Program-made: the position numbers and the translations under genes
Part shown: positions 9,808 through 20,141 of the stretch, piece by piece
Position numbering within the stretch: the stretch's first letter is position 1
Layout: each line of letters starts with the position of its first letter
The notes under the pieces: generated by a model
Databases searched by the model: none
What the model saw: the letters and a program-made list of their open reading frames with translations, nothing else
What the model was told of the DNA's origin: nothing
From: Planctomycetota bacterium
GTDB taxonomy: Bacteria > Planctomycetota > UBA1135 > UBA2386
NCBI GenBank assembly: GCA_965223545.1
Contig: OZ245006.1
Coordinates: forward strand, 6,464,001 to 6,528,000
Length of the DNA: 64,000 bases
Reading direction: 5' to 3'

Positions 9808-11673
9808 TCACTCCATGCGTTGTAAGCGCAGAATGTGCGAAGTCGACAGCTGGTGCACGACCTCGACGTCCGCGAAGCCCTCGCCGATCAGCTGTGCGCG
9901 GGCATGACCGCTGCGCCGCGCCGCGACGGGCGGGGTCTGGTGGTCGATCAGGTAACGCAGGTCGGCCGGCGGTGGGCCCGCGCCGGCCGGGCGGTCGTCC
10001 TCGAGCGGGACCCCGAGCAGGTGCAGGTAGTAGGTCACGGCCTTGTGGTCGGCCAAGTGGACCGCGGCCGCACGGCGAGCGGGATCACGAAAGTAGGCCG
10101 CCGCCGCGGGGGCGTCGGCATAGCCGATAAACCATGGCAAGCCGACTCGGTCGGGCGCACGCGCCAACACCGTGGCGTTGTGTGCCGTCATGAAGAGCGC
10201 CAGCAGCGCAGCGGCCGCGACCGCGGCGCGGGGCCTGTCCGGGCAGCAGCGGTTGGTGGCCGCCGCAGCGCCGGCGGCGGCGAGGAGCACGACCAGTACG
10301 CAGAGATACGACAAGCTCCAGGGTGGCGGCAGGGGCGCGAGAACGCCGGTGAGTACGATCCCCGCCACCGTAGCGCACGCCAACCCCGGCGCTGCGAGGG
10401 CGCCACCGGCAACGCTCGCCGCGAAGGCCCAGGCGCCGGCAGGGTGCATGCCGTGCGTCCACCACGCCCACAGCCGCGTCGCCAGCTGCGACCACTCGCC
10501 GAGCGGGTGCGCGGTGGTCAGCGCGCCGCCGTCGAACACGGAGTCGAAGCGCGTGGCCTCGAGATGGAGCCGGGGGGCGCCCGGCAGTGCGCCGATCCGA
10601 GCGAGCGCGTCGTTGTCGGGGGCCATGCAGGTGAGAGCGGGCCAGTACAGCACACCGGTCAACGCGGTCGCCCCACCGCAGGCGAGCAGGAGGCTGCGCG
10701 AACGCATCCTTCGCGCACCGCGCGGCGCGCGCAGCGCGGCCGCGGCGACGAGCAGTGCGATCGTGATGAACGGATACAGCATCACCGGGACGGCGAAGAA
10801 CCCGGCCGCCGCGATGACCGCGAACGTCGCGAGTGGCGGGCCCGTGCCTGCCCGCTGGCTTCGCCCGATCGCGGGCACCAGCGCGAGCAGCAGCAGCGTC
10901 GCGAGCTGCACCATGCTGTAGCCGCGGGCGTTGGCGGCCTGATCGACGAGATACGGCCACGTCGCCACCGCCGCGGTGGCCAACAGCGCAGCCCCACGTC
11001 CGGCGATGGCCCGGCCCGCTGCGTAGGCCGCCGGCACGCAGGCGACGCCGGCGGCGAGGGCGGGCAGCCGCAACGCCCACGGCTCGGGGCCCAGCAGACC
11101 GCAGCTGACGTGCGCGGCGAGCGAGTGCAGGATGTGGTTGTTGGTCGCCGAGTAGTCGCACACGATCTGCAGCAGCGGCTTCGCCACGAAGCTCGTGTAG
11201 GTCCACGCTTCGTCGTAGTGCACGGTTTGGCCCAGGCGGGCGGCGCCGAGCGCGAGCGCCACGATGGACATGCAGATGACGACCACCGCGTCGGCGGGCC
11301 GCGCGCGCGCTGCCGCCGCGAGGCGGCGCCCGGCGCGGGACGGCAGGGCGACGCCGCGGCGCGCGAGGTTCCACAGCCGGCGGGGCAGCTCTAGATGCGG
11401 CAGCAGCAGGAGCAACCATGCCGCTGCGCAGCCGGCCGCGGCCACGATCAGCCTTCGTTGGACCGCCGCGATGTGCGCCGCGGAGACGCGCTCCGCGCTG
11501 CCGTCGGCTGCCCAGCGATCGAGCATTCGCTCGGCATCACCGGCGTCGATGAAGGCGACGCCGAGGCTGATGGCGGCGGTGATCAACGGCACCGCGTGGA
11601 GGGCGGTGATGAACCATCGCGGTGGGCTTGCTCCAGGTGCGCGCGTCGCTTTGGCCATGGGCCGCGTGGCCAT
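9808..11673 (-). CDS. GT-C fold (family 39/PMT-like) membrane glycosyltransferase
   Basis: Many transmembrane segments; 'HYDEAWT', 'NNHILHS', 'EPWALRLPA', 'NARGYS'. Confidence 0.75.
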   Translation of the reverse strand: MATRPMAKATRAPGASPPRWFITALHAVPLITAAISLGVAFIDAGDAERMLDRWAADGSAERVSAAHIAAVQRRLIVAAAGCAAAWLLLLLPHLELPRRLWNLARRGVALPSRAGRRLAAAARARPADAVVVICMSIVALALGAARLGQTVHYDEAWTYTSFVAKPLLQIVCDYSATNNHILHSLAAHVSCGLLGPEPWALRLPALAAGVACVPAAYAAGRAIAGRGAALLATAAVATWPYLVDQAANARGYSMVQLATLLLLALVPAIGRSQRAGTGPPLATFAVIAAAGFFAVPVMLYPFITIALLVAAAALRAPRGARRMRSRSLLLACGGATALTGVLYWPALTCMAPDNDALARIGALPGAPRLHLEATRFDSVFDGGALTTAHPLGEWSQLATRLWAWWTHGMHPAGAWAFAASVAGGALAAPGLACATVAGIVLTGVLAPLPPPWSLSYLCVLVVLLAAAGAAAATNRCCPDRPRAAVAAAALLALFMTAHNATVLARAPDRVGLPWFIGYADAPAAAAYFRDPARRAAAVHLADHKAVTYYLHLLGVPLEDDRPAGAGPPPADLRYLIDHQTPPVAARRSGHARAQLIGEGFADVEVVHQLSTSHILRLQRME

Positions 11674-11758
11674 CGCATCACGATGCCAGAGGAGTGGTTC
11701 CCGGTGGCGCACTTTTGTCGGCCGGCCTCTCGGTGACCGGTAGAATCCGCGCCCCGCG

Positions 11759-12676
11759 ATGCAATGGAGTGGGTCGACCATGGTCGTCACCGGTGCGACC
11801 GGCTTTCTCGGAGCGGCGCTCGTCGCGGCGCTCGAGCGCGGTGGTGCCGATGTGCGCGGAGTGGCTCGCCGGCCGCGCCGCGGGGAGCCCGCGGTCGACG
11901 TGACCGATGCCGCGTCTCTCGACGCCGTGTTGGGCAGCAATCGCCCGGCCGATTGCGTCGTGCACACCGCGGCCCAGCAGGGGGCGAGGGCCCCGCGCGC
12001 GCGTTGCGTCGCGGTCAACGTCCACGGCACCGAGAACGTGCTGCGCGCCACGCACGCCGCAGGCGCACGGCGGTTCGTGTTCATCAGCTCGATCGCAGTG
12101 CTCGGCTTCCGCTATCCGGACGGTGCCGGCGAAGACGCCCCCTCCGTCGGTGGCGACGCCTATGCCGACAGCAAGGTCGCGGCCGAGCACGTCGTGCGTT
12201 CGCTCGCTGCAGAACTGGGCATCGAGGCGACCATCCTGCGTCTGGGCGACCTGTGGGGCGCGGGTTCGGCGGCGTGGGTCGAGCAGCCGCTGCGCCGCAT
12301 CCGCGCCGGGACCTTTCGGTGGGTCGCGGGCGGCCGCGGCAATCTGGATTTGCTGCACATCGACGATGCGGTCACCGGTGTGACTCTGGCGATGGCGCAC
12401 CCCGCCGCCGCGGGCGGCACGTTCTTTCTGACCGATGGGGCGTCCGGCACCACGGTGCGGGACTATTTCGCAGGCCTGGCGGCGGCGGCCGGGGTCGAGT
12501 TGCGCGCGCGGTCGGTGCCGGCGTCGGCAGTGCGCTGGCTCGGTGGCGGCCTGCGCTATCTCGACCGCGCGGGTTGGGTGTCGTGCGCCCGCGCCCGCCG
12601 CGACCTCGGCTACGCGCCCACCGTCGACCTCGATGCCGGCATGCGGCGATTGGCGCGGCACTTCGCGGTGCGATGA
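11759..12676 (+). CDS. NAD-dependent epimerase/dehydratase (extended SDR)
   Basis: 'VTGATGFLG', 'NVHGTENVL', YxxxK 'YADSK'. Confidence 0.9.
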   Translation: MQWSGSTMVVTGATGFLGAALVAALERGGADVRGVARRPRRGEPAVDVTDAASLDAVLGSNRPADCVVHTAAQQGARAPRARCVAVNVHGTENVLRATHAAGARRFVFISSIAVLGFRYPDGAGEDAPSVGGDAYADSKVAAEHVVRSLAAELGIEATILRLGDLWGAGSAAWVEQPLRRIRAGTFRWVAGGRGNLDLLHIDDAVTGVTLAMAHPAAAGGTFFLTDGASGTTVRDYFAGLAAAAGVELRARSVPASAVRWLGGGLRYLDRAGWVSCARARRDLGYAPTVDLDAGMRRLARHFAVR

Positions 12677-12686
12677 TCGCAGGTCG

Positions 12687-14276
12687 TCACAGCTTGCCGG
12701 CGCGGTGGTCGTCGAGGATCGCGTCGCAGGCGCGAGCCGCCAACGCCATGATCGTCAGGCTCACGTTCTGGAAGCCCGCAGTGACGAAGCACGAGCCGTC
12801 GCCGACGTAGACGTTGGGAACGTCCCAGCAGCGCTGCTGTGGGTCGAGCACCGAGATGGCCGGATCGCGGCCCATGCGGGCGCCGCCGACCTCGTGCGCG
12901 CACGAGCCGGGGATCAGAGCTCCGCAGGGGAGGTGGGTCTGCCGGCGCAGGATGCGGTGTGCGATCCCCAGCCGCCGCGGGCGCAAGCCGCCCGCGCGGG
13001 CGATCGCATCCAGGGTGGACGCCATCGCGGCCGTCATGACCTTCTCGTTGTCGCCGTACCGCATCTCGATCCGTGCAGCCGGCATACCGTGGGCGTCGCG
13101 GCGGTGGGGATCCAAACGGATGCGGTTGTCGGCGCGCGGCAAGACCTCGCCGAATGCGGTGAGCGCCCACGCCGGCCGCTCTCGCCCGACGCTGCCCTGG
13201 ACGCCGAAGCTGCGCAGGAATCCGTCGTCGGAGGGCGTCGGCGGCGGCAGGTACACCCCGGTGATCCAGCCTCGATCGCGCGCGTCGCCCGGAGCGGGCG
13301 GTTGCGGAGTGCGCTCGGCGTCGGCGGGGCCGGTCGCGTAGACCATCGTGTGGTCCATCAGGTAGCGCCCGAGGCTGTCGGACGAGTTGCCCAGGCCGCG
13401 TTCGTGGCCGGAGCACGCCGAGTTCAGCAGGAGGCGCACCGTTTCGATGGTCGACGCACACAGCAGGACCGCGCCGCATTCGAGCACACTGCGGCTGCCG
13501 TCGCGCGCGTCGATCGTGGCCACGCCGGTCGCCCGCGTCCCGTCGGCGTTGAGCTGGATCCGCTCGGCGATGGTGTCGGCGCGCAGGTTGAGCCGGCCGG
13601 TCGCTGCGGCCGCGCGCACGCCGTGCGGGGCGTCGCCGCCGTCAAACCGTGCCACCCGCGCCTGCACCAGAGGGCGGTCCGGCCAGTCCGAGGCGAGCCG
13701 CGACCGCAGGGCGCGCTCGCCTTCCGTCAGCGCCCACGGCCCGATCACCTCGCTGTCCGGGATCGTGGGCACGCCGTCGGCGTTGCCATAGATGCCCAGC
13801 AGCTGCTCGACGCGCAGGTAGTGCGGGGCAAGCGCTTGCGAGTCGATGGGCCAGTCGATGCCCCAGCCGTCTCGCGACGCGGCGAAGAACTGGTGGTCGG
13901 ACATGCGCAGGACGACCCGCGCCCAGGTGTGGAGCCGGCCGCCGACCTGGCGCCCGCGCAGCCAGTGGAACCGTGTTCCCTGCGCGACCGTGTAGCGATT
14001 CAAGCGATCGTCCACGAACAGCGCGCGCAGCCGGCGGTCGAACAGGATCCCGCGCGCCTGGATCGGCTGGCCGCGCACCGCGCATAACGCGCGATGCACA
14101 GGGCCTGCCTGTGCCCCGGCTTGGCCTGTCGTATCCCGCGGACGAGGGCGGCGCGGGCCGGCGTCGAGCAGAGTGACGTTCAGGCCCTGCTCGGTCAGGG
14201 CTTGCGCGGCGATGCTGCCGGCCGCGCCCGCCCCGACGATGGCCACATCGCAGCTTGTTGGCAAGTGATCAGGCAC
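12687..14276 (-). CDS. GMC family oxidoreductase
   Basis: FAD motif 'IVGAGAAG', 'GRQVGG', 'GRYLMDH', 'HEVGGARMG', 'NVYVGDGS'. Confidence 0.9.
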   Translation of the reverse strand: MPDHLPTSCDVAIVGAGAAGSIAAQALTEQGLNVTLLDAGPRRPRPRDTTGQAGAQAGPVHRALCAVRGQPIQARGILFDRRLRALFVDDRLNRYTVAQGTRFHWLRGRQVGGRLHTWARVVLRMSDHQFFAASRDGWGIDWPIDSQALAPHYLRVEQLLGIYGNADGVPTIPDSEVIGPWALTEGERALRSRLASDWPDRPLVQARVARFDGGDAPHGVRAAAATGRLNLRADTIAERIQLNADGTRATGVATIDARDGSRSVLECGAVLLCASTIETVRLLLNSACSGHERGLGNSSDSLGRYLMDHTMVYATGPADAERTPQPPAPGDARDRGWITGVYLPPPTPSDDGFLRSFGVQGSVGRERPAWALTAFGEVLPRADNRIRLDPHRRDAHGMPAARIEMRYGDNEKVMTAAMASTLDAIARAGGLRPRRLGIAHRILRRQTHLPCGALIPGSCAHEVGGARMGRDPAISVLDPQQRCWDVPNVYVGDGSCFVTAGFQNVSLTIMALAARACDAILDDHRAGKL

Positions 14277-15474
14277 CGGCAGTGCGTGGTGGCTGCCCGA
14301 GCAGGACCTCGCGCCCGGGCCGCGGGTCGCGCGGCACGTTCAGCGCGAGCACCAGCGAGCCGGCGGCCAGGCCCGCGCCCGTGAGGAACACCGCCGCCGG
14401 TGAGTGCACCCAGACGTAGCCCAGCAGAACCGGCAAGGTGACAGCGGCGATGTGATTGATGGTGAACGCGACGCCCGCAGTCGAGGCGATGTCGGCGGGG
14501 TCGGCGATCTTTTGAAAGTAGGTCTTCTGCGCGATCGCCAGCGCGAACAACAGGTGGTCGACAACGAACAGGACGACTGCGAACCAGATGGCGTCGGCGA
14601 ACGCGTAACACGTGAACACCGCGATCAAGCCGACGTACTCGACGATCAAGACGCGGCGTTCACCGAAACGCTGGACCAGTCCGCCGATGCGCGGCGCCAG
14701 CCACAGGTTGACGACGTGGTTGGCCAGCAAGAGGAGTGCCACGCGATCGGCGGTGAGGCCGAAGCGCTCGACCATGAGGAAGGCGGCGAACACGACGAAG
14801 ATCTGCCGCCTCGCGCCGCCGAAAAAGGTGAGCGCGTAGTACAGCCAATAGCGGCGGCGCAGCACCAGGTGCTTGTGCTGCGGGTGGACCGCGTCGAAGC
14901 GAGGGAACGCAAGGGCGGCGAAACATGCCAGCAGAACGGTGATACCGCCGCCGACCGCGAACACGGCCGCCATCGGCAGCCCCGCTGCGCGCAGCAGCAG
15001 CCAGACGAGGCCGAACGCCGCGATCGAGCCGAGCGACTTGGCGGCGAGCTGGCGGCCGATGAGGCGGGGCGCGCGCTCGATGGGGAGCCACTGCAGCTGC
15101 AGCGACTGCTGCATGGTCTCGAAGTAGTGGAAGCCGATCGACATCAGCACGGTCGTGGCGTACAGCCCCGCCACCGACGGGAACGCGCCGGCCAGCGCGA
15201 CGCCGACACCGAGCAATGCCAGCGAGACCACCGCCAGGAGCTGCTCGCGGACGACGATCACGACGAGCACTGCGGTGAACGCCAAGAACCCCGGCACCTC
15301 GCGCAGGGACTGCAGGGTGCCGATCTCCTCACCGGTGAACGCGGCCCGCTGGACGGCGAAGTTGTTGAGCAGGGCCTGCCAGGTGGCGAACGCGATCGGC
15401 ATCGCCAGCGCCATCAACACCAGCTGGAACTCTCGAGTGCGCAGGCGTGGGGGCAGCAGGGGGAGGGGCCGCAT
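14269..15474 (-). CDS. MFS transporter
   Basis: About 12 hydrophobic helices; 'LQSLREVPGFLAF', 'GARRQIFVVFA', 'FTINHIAAV'. GTG 15486 is an alternative start. Confidence 0.85.
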   Translation of the reverse strand: MRPLPLLPPRLRTREFQLVLMALAMPIAFATWQALLNNFAVQRAAFTGEEIGTLQSLREVPGFLAFTAVLVVIVVREQLLAVVSLALLGVGVALAGAFPSVAGLYATTVLMSIGFHYFETMQQSLQLQWLPIERAPRLIGRQLAAKSLGSIAAFGLVWLLLRAAGLPMAAVFAVGGGITVLLACFAALAFPRFDAVHPQHKHLVLRRRYWLYYALTFFGGARRQIFVVFAAFLMVERFGLTADRVALLLLANHVVNLWLAPRIGGLVQRFGERRVLIVEYVGLIAVFTCYAFADAIWFAVVLFVVDHLLFALAIAQKTYFQKIADPADIASTAGVAFTINHIAAVTLPVLLGYVWVHSPAAVFLTGAGLAAGSLVLALNVPRDPRPGREVLLGQPPRTAGA

Positions 15475-15557
15475 CGGGCGGTGCACCCTATCGCGGTGCG
15501 ACAGTGGCGGCGAGTGCCGCCTCAGGCAGAGGCCGGCTCCGCGCCGAAGGAACCGGT

Positions 15558-16577
15558 ATGGCCAAGCTGGGATTCGTCGGCATCACCGCGGGAGCAGCCG
15601 CTCTCGTCTGCGCCGTGTTGGGTTCGTTCTACGCCGAGGGCGGAGCGCGCGCGCGGGTAGCCGCGCCCGCGGCGGGGGCCGGCGGTCCCGTTGACGTCTT
15701 CGAGCCGCTGCGCGGCCGTCTGACTCCGTCGCACGGCTACTTCTTCGCGGTGTCGGCCGATGAGGAGTGGCTCGCCGTCGTCCACGCAGCCGCGCCCGGC
15801 GAGCAGCATCGAGTCGTGGTGCTGCACCAGCCCACCAACAAGGTTTGGAGCGCTGCCCGCGACGAATGGCTCTTGGGGGCGATCCCGGACTGCTTCAGCG
15901 CCGACAGCCAAATGCTCGTACTCGGTCGCTTCGCCGCTCCGCTGGACCCGTCGATGAGCGCCCTGCAGTTCGTCGAGGACGCGAACGATGACATCGAGCT
16001 GGCGTTTCTGGGAATGCCCGAGATCGTGGCGGGCAGGCGTTCCGGTGCGCAAGACCGCTGGGTGAGCCTGTCGCAACGAGAAGGCGAGTTCGGCGAGCTG
16101 GCGCGCAGTGCACAGGGGGTCGTCTTCGAGGAGCGCGCCGATGGCGCCGATGAGCACAGCAAGCTGCGCATTCGGCCGCCCGGTGAGGATCGCGTCGTCG
16201 ACTACACTCCGGTGCTCGATGCCGACCGAAAGCGGCTGTTGAAGGCGGCGGCCGCGCAGCCGCCAGAGCTGGGCGCAATTCTGAAGGAGCACGCGGACAC
16301 ACCGGCAACGATGCGTCTGGCGCAGCTCGCGGTTTCGCCCGACGGCAAGACCCTGGCAGCGGTGGCGACGCTCTACCGCGGGCAAGTGGGGTTTGCCGGC
16401 CGCCGCTACGGCGTCCTGATCTCGCTCGGATCCGATCGCATCGTGGCGCAGCCGTTTGCGGACAATGTGTACGGGAAGATCGTCTGGTCGCGCGATGGGG
16501 GTGGCGTCTATTTCTACAAGCAGTCCGATGACGGAAGCGACGGCACGGTGCATCGTCTGACGATCCTTGACGACTGA
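15558..16577 (+). CDS. Exported hypothetical protein with WD40/TolB-like blades
   Basis: RBS AAGGA before ATG; N-terminal hydrophobic stretch; 'AVSADEEWLAV', 'AVSPDGKTLAA', 'WSRDGGGVYF'. Confidence 0.65.
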   Translation: MAKLGFVGITAGAAALVCAVLGSFYAEGGARARVAAPAAGAGGPVDVFEPLRGRLTPSHGYFFAVSADEEWLAVVHAAAPGEQHRVVVLHQPTNKVWSAARDEWLLGAIPDCFSADSQMLVLGRFAAPLDPSMSALQFVEDANDDIELAFLGMPEIVAGRRSGAQDRWVSLSQREGEFGELARSAQGVVFEERADGADEHSKLRIRPPGEDRVVDYTPVLDADRKRLLKAAAAQPPELGAILKEHADTPATMRLAQLAVSPDGKTLAAVATLYRGQVGFAGRRYGVLISLGSDRIVAQPFADNVYGKIVWSRDGGGVYFYKQSDDGSDGTVHRLTILDD

Positions 16578-18300
16578 GGATCAGAGTGTCGGACCGCCCG
16601 GCGCGACCGGGCGGCCACGGGCCCCATTCCCCGCGCGACGAGGCGGGCTCCGTATCGCGGTGACCCTGCTGTCGACCGCGGTGGCTCTGGTCGTCGCCGA
16701 GGGAGCCCTCGTGCTGCTCGACCTGCCGGCGATGCGGTCCGAGCTGCACATCGACGCCGGCGATGGCTTTGCCGACCTGCACACCGATCCCGACCCGGAG
16801 CTGTTGTGGCGGGTGCGGCCCGGGTCGTACGAAGTCGAGTCGCCGACCGGAATGCGCGGCTGGGTCCCGCGAGGTTCGGCCGGCGAGCATCGCTTTCGCA
16901 TCGCGTGTGTCGGCGACTCGAGCACCTTCGGTCTCTGGAGTCGCTACGAGGACACTTGGGGCGTCCGCGTGGAGCGCGCGCTGCAGGACCTGTGGCCCGA
17001 TCGATGCGTCGAGTCCGTGCTCTGCGCCGCGCCTGGTTACTCGAGCTTCCAGTCGGTCGCGCTCTGGCGCGCCGAGGCCGCGCCCCTGGAGCCGGCGATC
17101 ACGGTTGCCTACCTAGGTGGCTGGAACGATTTCCAGAACGCAATCGGTGCGCCGGACGCCGAGCGCGCGGCGCGGCAGAGCTCGTCGCGATTGGTCGAGC
17201 TCGGCCGCCGGTGGTTGGATTCGCGGTCGTCGCTGTCGCAAGAGGACTACGCCGCCGCGTTCCGCCGGGGGGAGTCTCCGGCGGGAGTGCGAGTGCCCCT
17301 GGCGGAGTTCGAAGGCAACCTCACCGATCTCGTCGCCGACGTGCGGGCAGCTGGTGGCGCGCTCGTTCTGGTCGTACCGCCGTTGCCCTCGGAGACTGTT
17401 CGCGCGATGCCCGCCAGCCTCGACTACCCGGCCGTAGTCCGGAGGGTCGCGCAGAGCCTGGGGGTCGCGATCGTCGACGCGGCCGCGCTGTTCGAGGACC
17501 GCGGCGAAGAGGCGTTGTTCGTCGATCGAGTGCATCCGTCGCGGCGCGGCCACGAACTCCTGGCCGCGGCGGTCGTCGAGCAGATCCGCGACGTGTGTGC
17601 TCCCGCCGAGCCGCGGCGGCCGGGTTCCGCTGCGGTAGGAGGTGTCGCGCTGTGGCGCTGCGAGCCCGAGACGATCCCGGCGTTGAGCGCGCGCAGTGTG
17701 GTCGTGCATGGGCGCGGCATCGCGAGCGGCGGGATCGAGCGGGTGTGGGTCGGTCCGCGTTGGGTCGAGCAGATCGATGTCCTCGATGACCAGCGGCTGC
17801 ATCTCACGCTGCGCCGCGGCTTGCCTCCGGGCGAACACGGAATCGAGCTCGTCTCCGGCAGGGGCCGCCAGCGCACGGCGGCGGTGCTCCAGGTGAAGGG
17901 GTTCGAGCCACCGGCGCTGGAGGTTCGGGTGGCGGACTCGACGCCGGAACGCGTTCGGCTCCACTTGCGCTGCCAGCCTCCACCGCAGTGCATGATCGCC
18001 GTTTGGCTGGCGCCCGGGTTGTCGGCGTCGCCGGCCGAGACCGCGTTTGGACCGTTCTGGCTGTCGGGTACGTCGTCGGCGCCAGCTCTGGCCCCTGGTG
18101 CCGGATTCGGCGACTACCGGCGGCTGGCGTGGCCCCGGGCGATGGCGATCAGTGGTCGCGGTGGTTTCGACGCGGTGCTCGAAGTGTCGCCATCGTCCTT
18201 GTCCGCGGACGGGACCGCGCATTTGCAGGGGTTGGTGGTCGATCTGTTCGACCCGACGATCGGCACGGTGACGGCTCGACTGCGCGTCGATACCCGGTGA
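16567..18300 (+). CDS. Membrane-anchored SGNH/GDSL hydrolase with an IPT/TIG-like domain and C-terminal extension
   Basis: 'ACVGDSSTFG', 'PGYSS', 'GWND', 'DRVHPS'; one N-terminal transmembrane helix. Confidence 0.8.
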   Translation: MTTEDQSVGPPGATGRPRAPFPARRGGLRIAVTLLSTAVALVVAEGALVLLDLPAMRSELHIDAGDGFADLHTDPDPELLWRVRPGSYEVESPTGMRGWVPRGSAGEHRFRIACVGDSSTFGLWSRYEDTWGVRVERALQDLWPDRCVESVLCAAPGYSSFQSVALWRAEAAPLEPAITVAYLGGWNDFQNAIGAPDAERAARQSSSRLVELGRRWLDSRSSLSQEDYAAAFRRGESPAGVRVPLAEFEGNLTDLVADVRAAGGALVLVVPPLPSETVRAMPASLDYPAVVRRVAQSLGVAIVDAAALFEDRGEEALFVDRVHPSRRGHELLAAAVVEQIRDVCAPAEPRRPGSAAVGGVALWRCEPETIPALSARSVVVHGRGIASGGIERVWVGPRWVEQIDVLDDQRLHLTLRRGLPPGEHGIELVSGRGRQRTAAVLQVKGFEPPALEVRVADSTPERVRLHLRCQPPPQCMIAVWLAPGLSASPAETAFGPFWLSGTSSAPALAPGAGFGDYRRLAWPRAMAISGRGGFDAVLEVSPSSLSADGTAHLQGLVVDLFDPTIGTVTARLRVDTR

Positions 18301-18373
18301 AGTGCGCGTCGTCCAAGCCGGACTCGCGCGGCGAGGGCGCGTCGCGTAGAGAATGCGTCCCGGAGCCCACACC

Positions 18374-20044
18374 ATGACTCGATTCTTCGCCCGCGCCGCG
18401 ATCGTCGCCGCATCGTCCCTGACCTGTGCCGCGCAGGACCCGCTCGAGGCCGAAGGCTTCACTCGGCAAGACCGGCTGCGCGGCTCGGTGACGGAGGAGC
18501 GTGCCTGGTGGGACGTGCTGCACTACGACCTGGCCCTGCGCGTGCGGCCCGAGGCCAAGCGGATCGAGGGCACCAACGTCATCACGTTTCTGCCGACGGC
18601 TGCCGGGTCGAAGTTGCAGCTCGACCTCCAGCCACCGCTGGAGATCACCGGCATCGAGTGCGACGCCACCGAGTTGCAGTTCACGCGGGAGGGCAACGTC
18701 TACTGGGTGACGTTCGCTTCGGCGCCACCGGTCGGGGCCGAGCAGAAGCTGCGGGTTGCCTACGGGGGGCGACCGCGCGAGAGCACGCGGCCACCGTGGA
18801 GTGGCGGCTTCTCGTGGCGGGAGGACGAGCACGGCCACCCGTTCATCGCGACCACTTGCCAGGGGATCGGTGCCAGCGTGTGGTGGCCCAACAAGGACCA
18901 CGGCTACGACGAGCCCGACCGGGGTGTCGACATTCGCGTGACCGTGCCCGCCGCGCTGACGGCGGTGGCCAACGGTCGGCTGCAATCGACCACGCGAGAC
19001 GAGGGCGACGACACCCGGACGTTTCACTGGCGCGTCGTCAACCCGATCAACAACTACTGCGTCAACGTCAACATCGGCAACTACGTGTCGATGCCGTCGG
19101 TGTACGAGGGAGAGGCGGGGCCGCTGGACGTCGAGTACTGGGTGCTGGAGCACCAACAAGAAGTGGCGAGAACCCAGTTCGTCGAGGTGCCGCGCACTCT
19201 CGCGGCGTTCGAGCACTGGTTCGGTCCGTATCCCTTCTACGAGGACAGCTACAAGCTCGTGGTCGTGCCCTATCTCGGAATGGAGCACCAGAGCTCGGTG
19301 ACCTACGGCAACGGCTTTCAGAACGGCTACCGCGGCCGGGACCTGAGCGAGACCGGCGTCGGGCTGAAGTTCGATTTCATCGTCGTGCACGAGACAGCGC
19401 ACGAGTGGTGGGGCAACAACATCTCCATGCGGGATGCCGCCGACATGTGGATCCACGAGAGCTTTGCCAACTACGCCGAGAACCTCTTCGTCGAGTACCA
19501 CTTCACCGAGCGCGAGGCTCAGGACTACGTCATCGGCTGTCGCGCGCTGGTGCGTAACGACCGACCGATCATCGGTGTCTACGGCGTCAACAAGTCGGGA
19601 TCGGGCGACATGTACTACAAGGGCGGCAACATGCTGCACACGATGCGGCACATGCTGAACGACGACGAGCGGTGGCGCTTGATGCTGCGCGGCATCAACG
19701 AAGCGTTTCGTCACCGCACCGTCGGAACCGCCGAGGTCGAGGCCTACATCAGCCGCGCCTGTGGGTTCGATTTCGACCGGGTGTTCGAGCAGTACTTGCG
19801 CACGACGATGATCCCGACGTTGCGCTACGCGGTGAAGGGGGACACCGTCACCGTTTGGTTGGAGGACGTCGTGGAGGCCTTCAGCACACCGGTTCTGCTG
19901 CGCATCAACGACGACGAGCAGCGCGTCACCGTCGGTGCCGACCCGGTCGAGCTGCGAGTCGAGGCCGCGCTGGCCTCGTTCGAGTTGGACCGCAACTTCT
20001 ACATGAACGTGAGCCAGGCGCCGCGGGCTGTCGACGGACGCTGA
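18374..20044 (+). CDS. M1 family zinc aminopeptidase, secreted
   Basis: 'GMEH', HExxH(x18)E 'HETAHEWWGN...WIHE', 'YYKGG'; signal peptide. Confidence 0.92.
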   Translation: MTRFFARAAIVAASSLTCAAQDPLEAEGFTRQDRLRGSVTEERAWWDVLHYDLALRVRPEAKRIEGTNVITFLPTAAGSKLQLDLQPPLEITGIECDATELQFTREGNVYWVTFASAPPVGAEQKLRVAYGGRPRESTRPPWSGGFSWREDEHGHPFIATTCQGIGASVWWPNKDHGYDEPDRGVDIRVTVPAALTAVANGRLQSTTRDEGDDTRTFHWRVVNPINNYCVNVNIGNYVSMPSVYEGEAGPLDVEYWVLEHQQEVARTQFVEVPRTLAAFEHWFGPYPFYEDSYKLVVVPYLGMEHQSSVTYGNGFQNGYRGRDLSETGVGLKFDFIVVHETAHEWWGNNISMRDAADMWIHESFANYAENLFVEYHFTEREAQDYVIGCRALVRNDRPIIGVYGVNKSGSGDMYYKGGNMLHTMRHMLNDDERWRLMLRGINEAFRHRTVGTAEVEAYISRACGFDFDRVFEQYLRTTMIPTLRYAVKGDTVTVWLEDVVEAFSTPVLLRINDDEQRVTVGADPVELRVEAALASFELDRNFYMNVSQAPRAVDGR

Positions 20045-20080
20045 CCCCAAGCCGGGATCGCGACCGCGGCGGATCGCGGT

Positions 20081-20123
20081 GTCGCCACCCGAGCGCCGTC
20101 GGAGACGGCGCAGCGGGGGCGAC
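20081..20123. terminator. GC-rich stem-loop between convergent genes (possible terminator or stabiliser)
   Basis: GCGCCGTC-GGA-GACGGCGC (20093-20111) nested inside GTCGCC...GGCGAC; no U-tract. Confidence 0.3.
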
Positions 20124-20141
20124 GGGAGGCGCTTGCCAGCG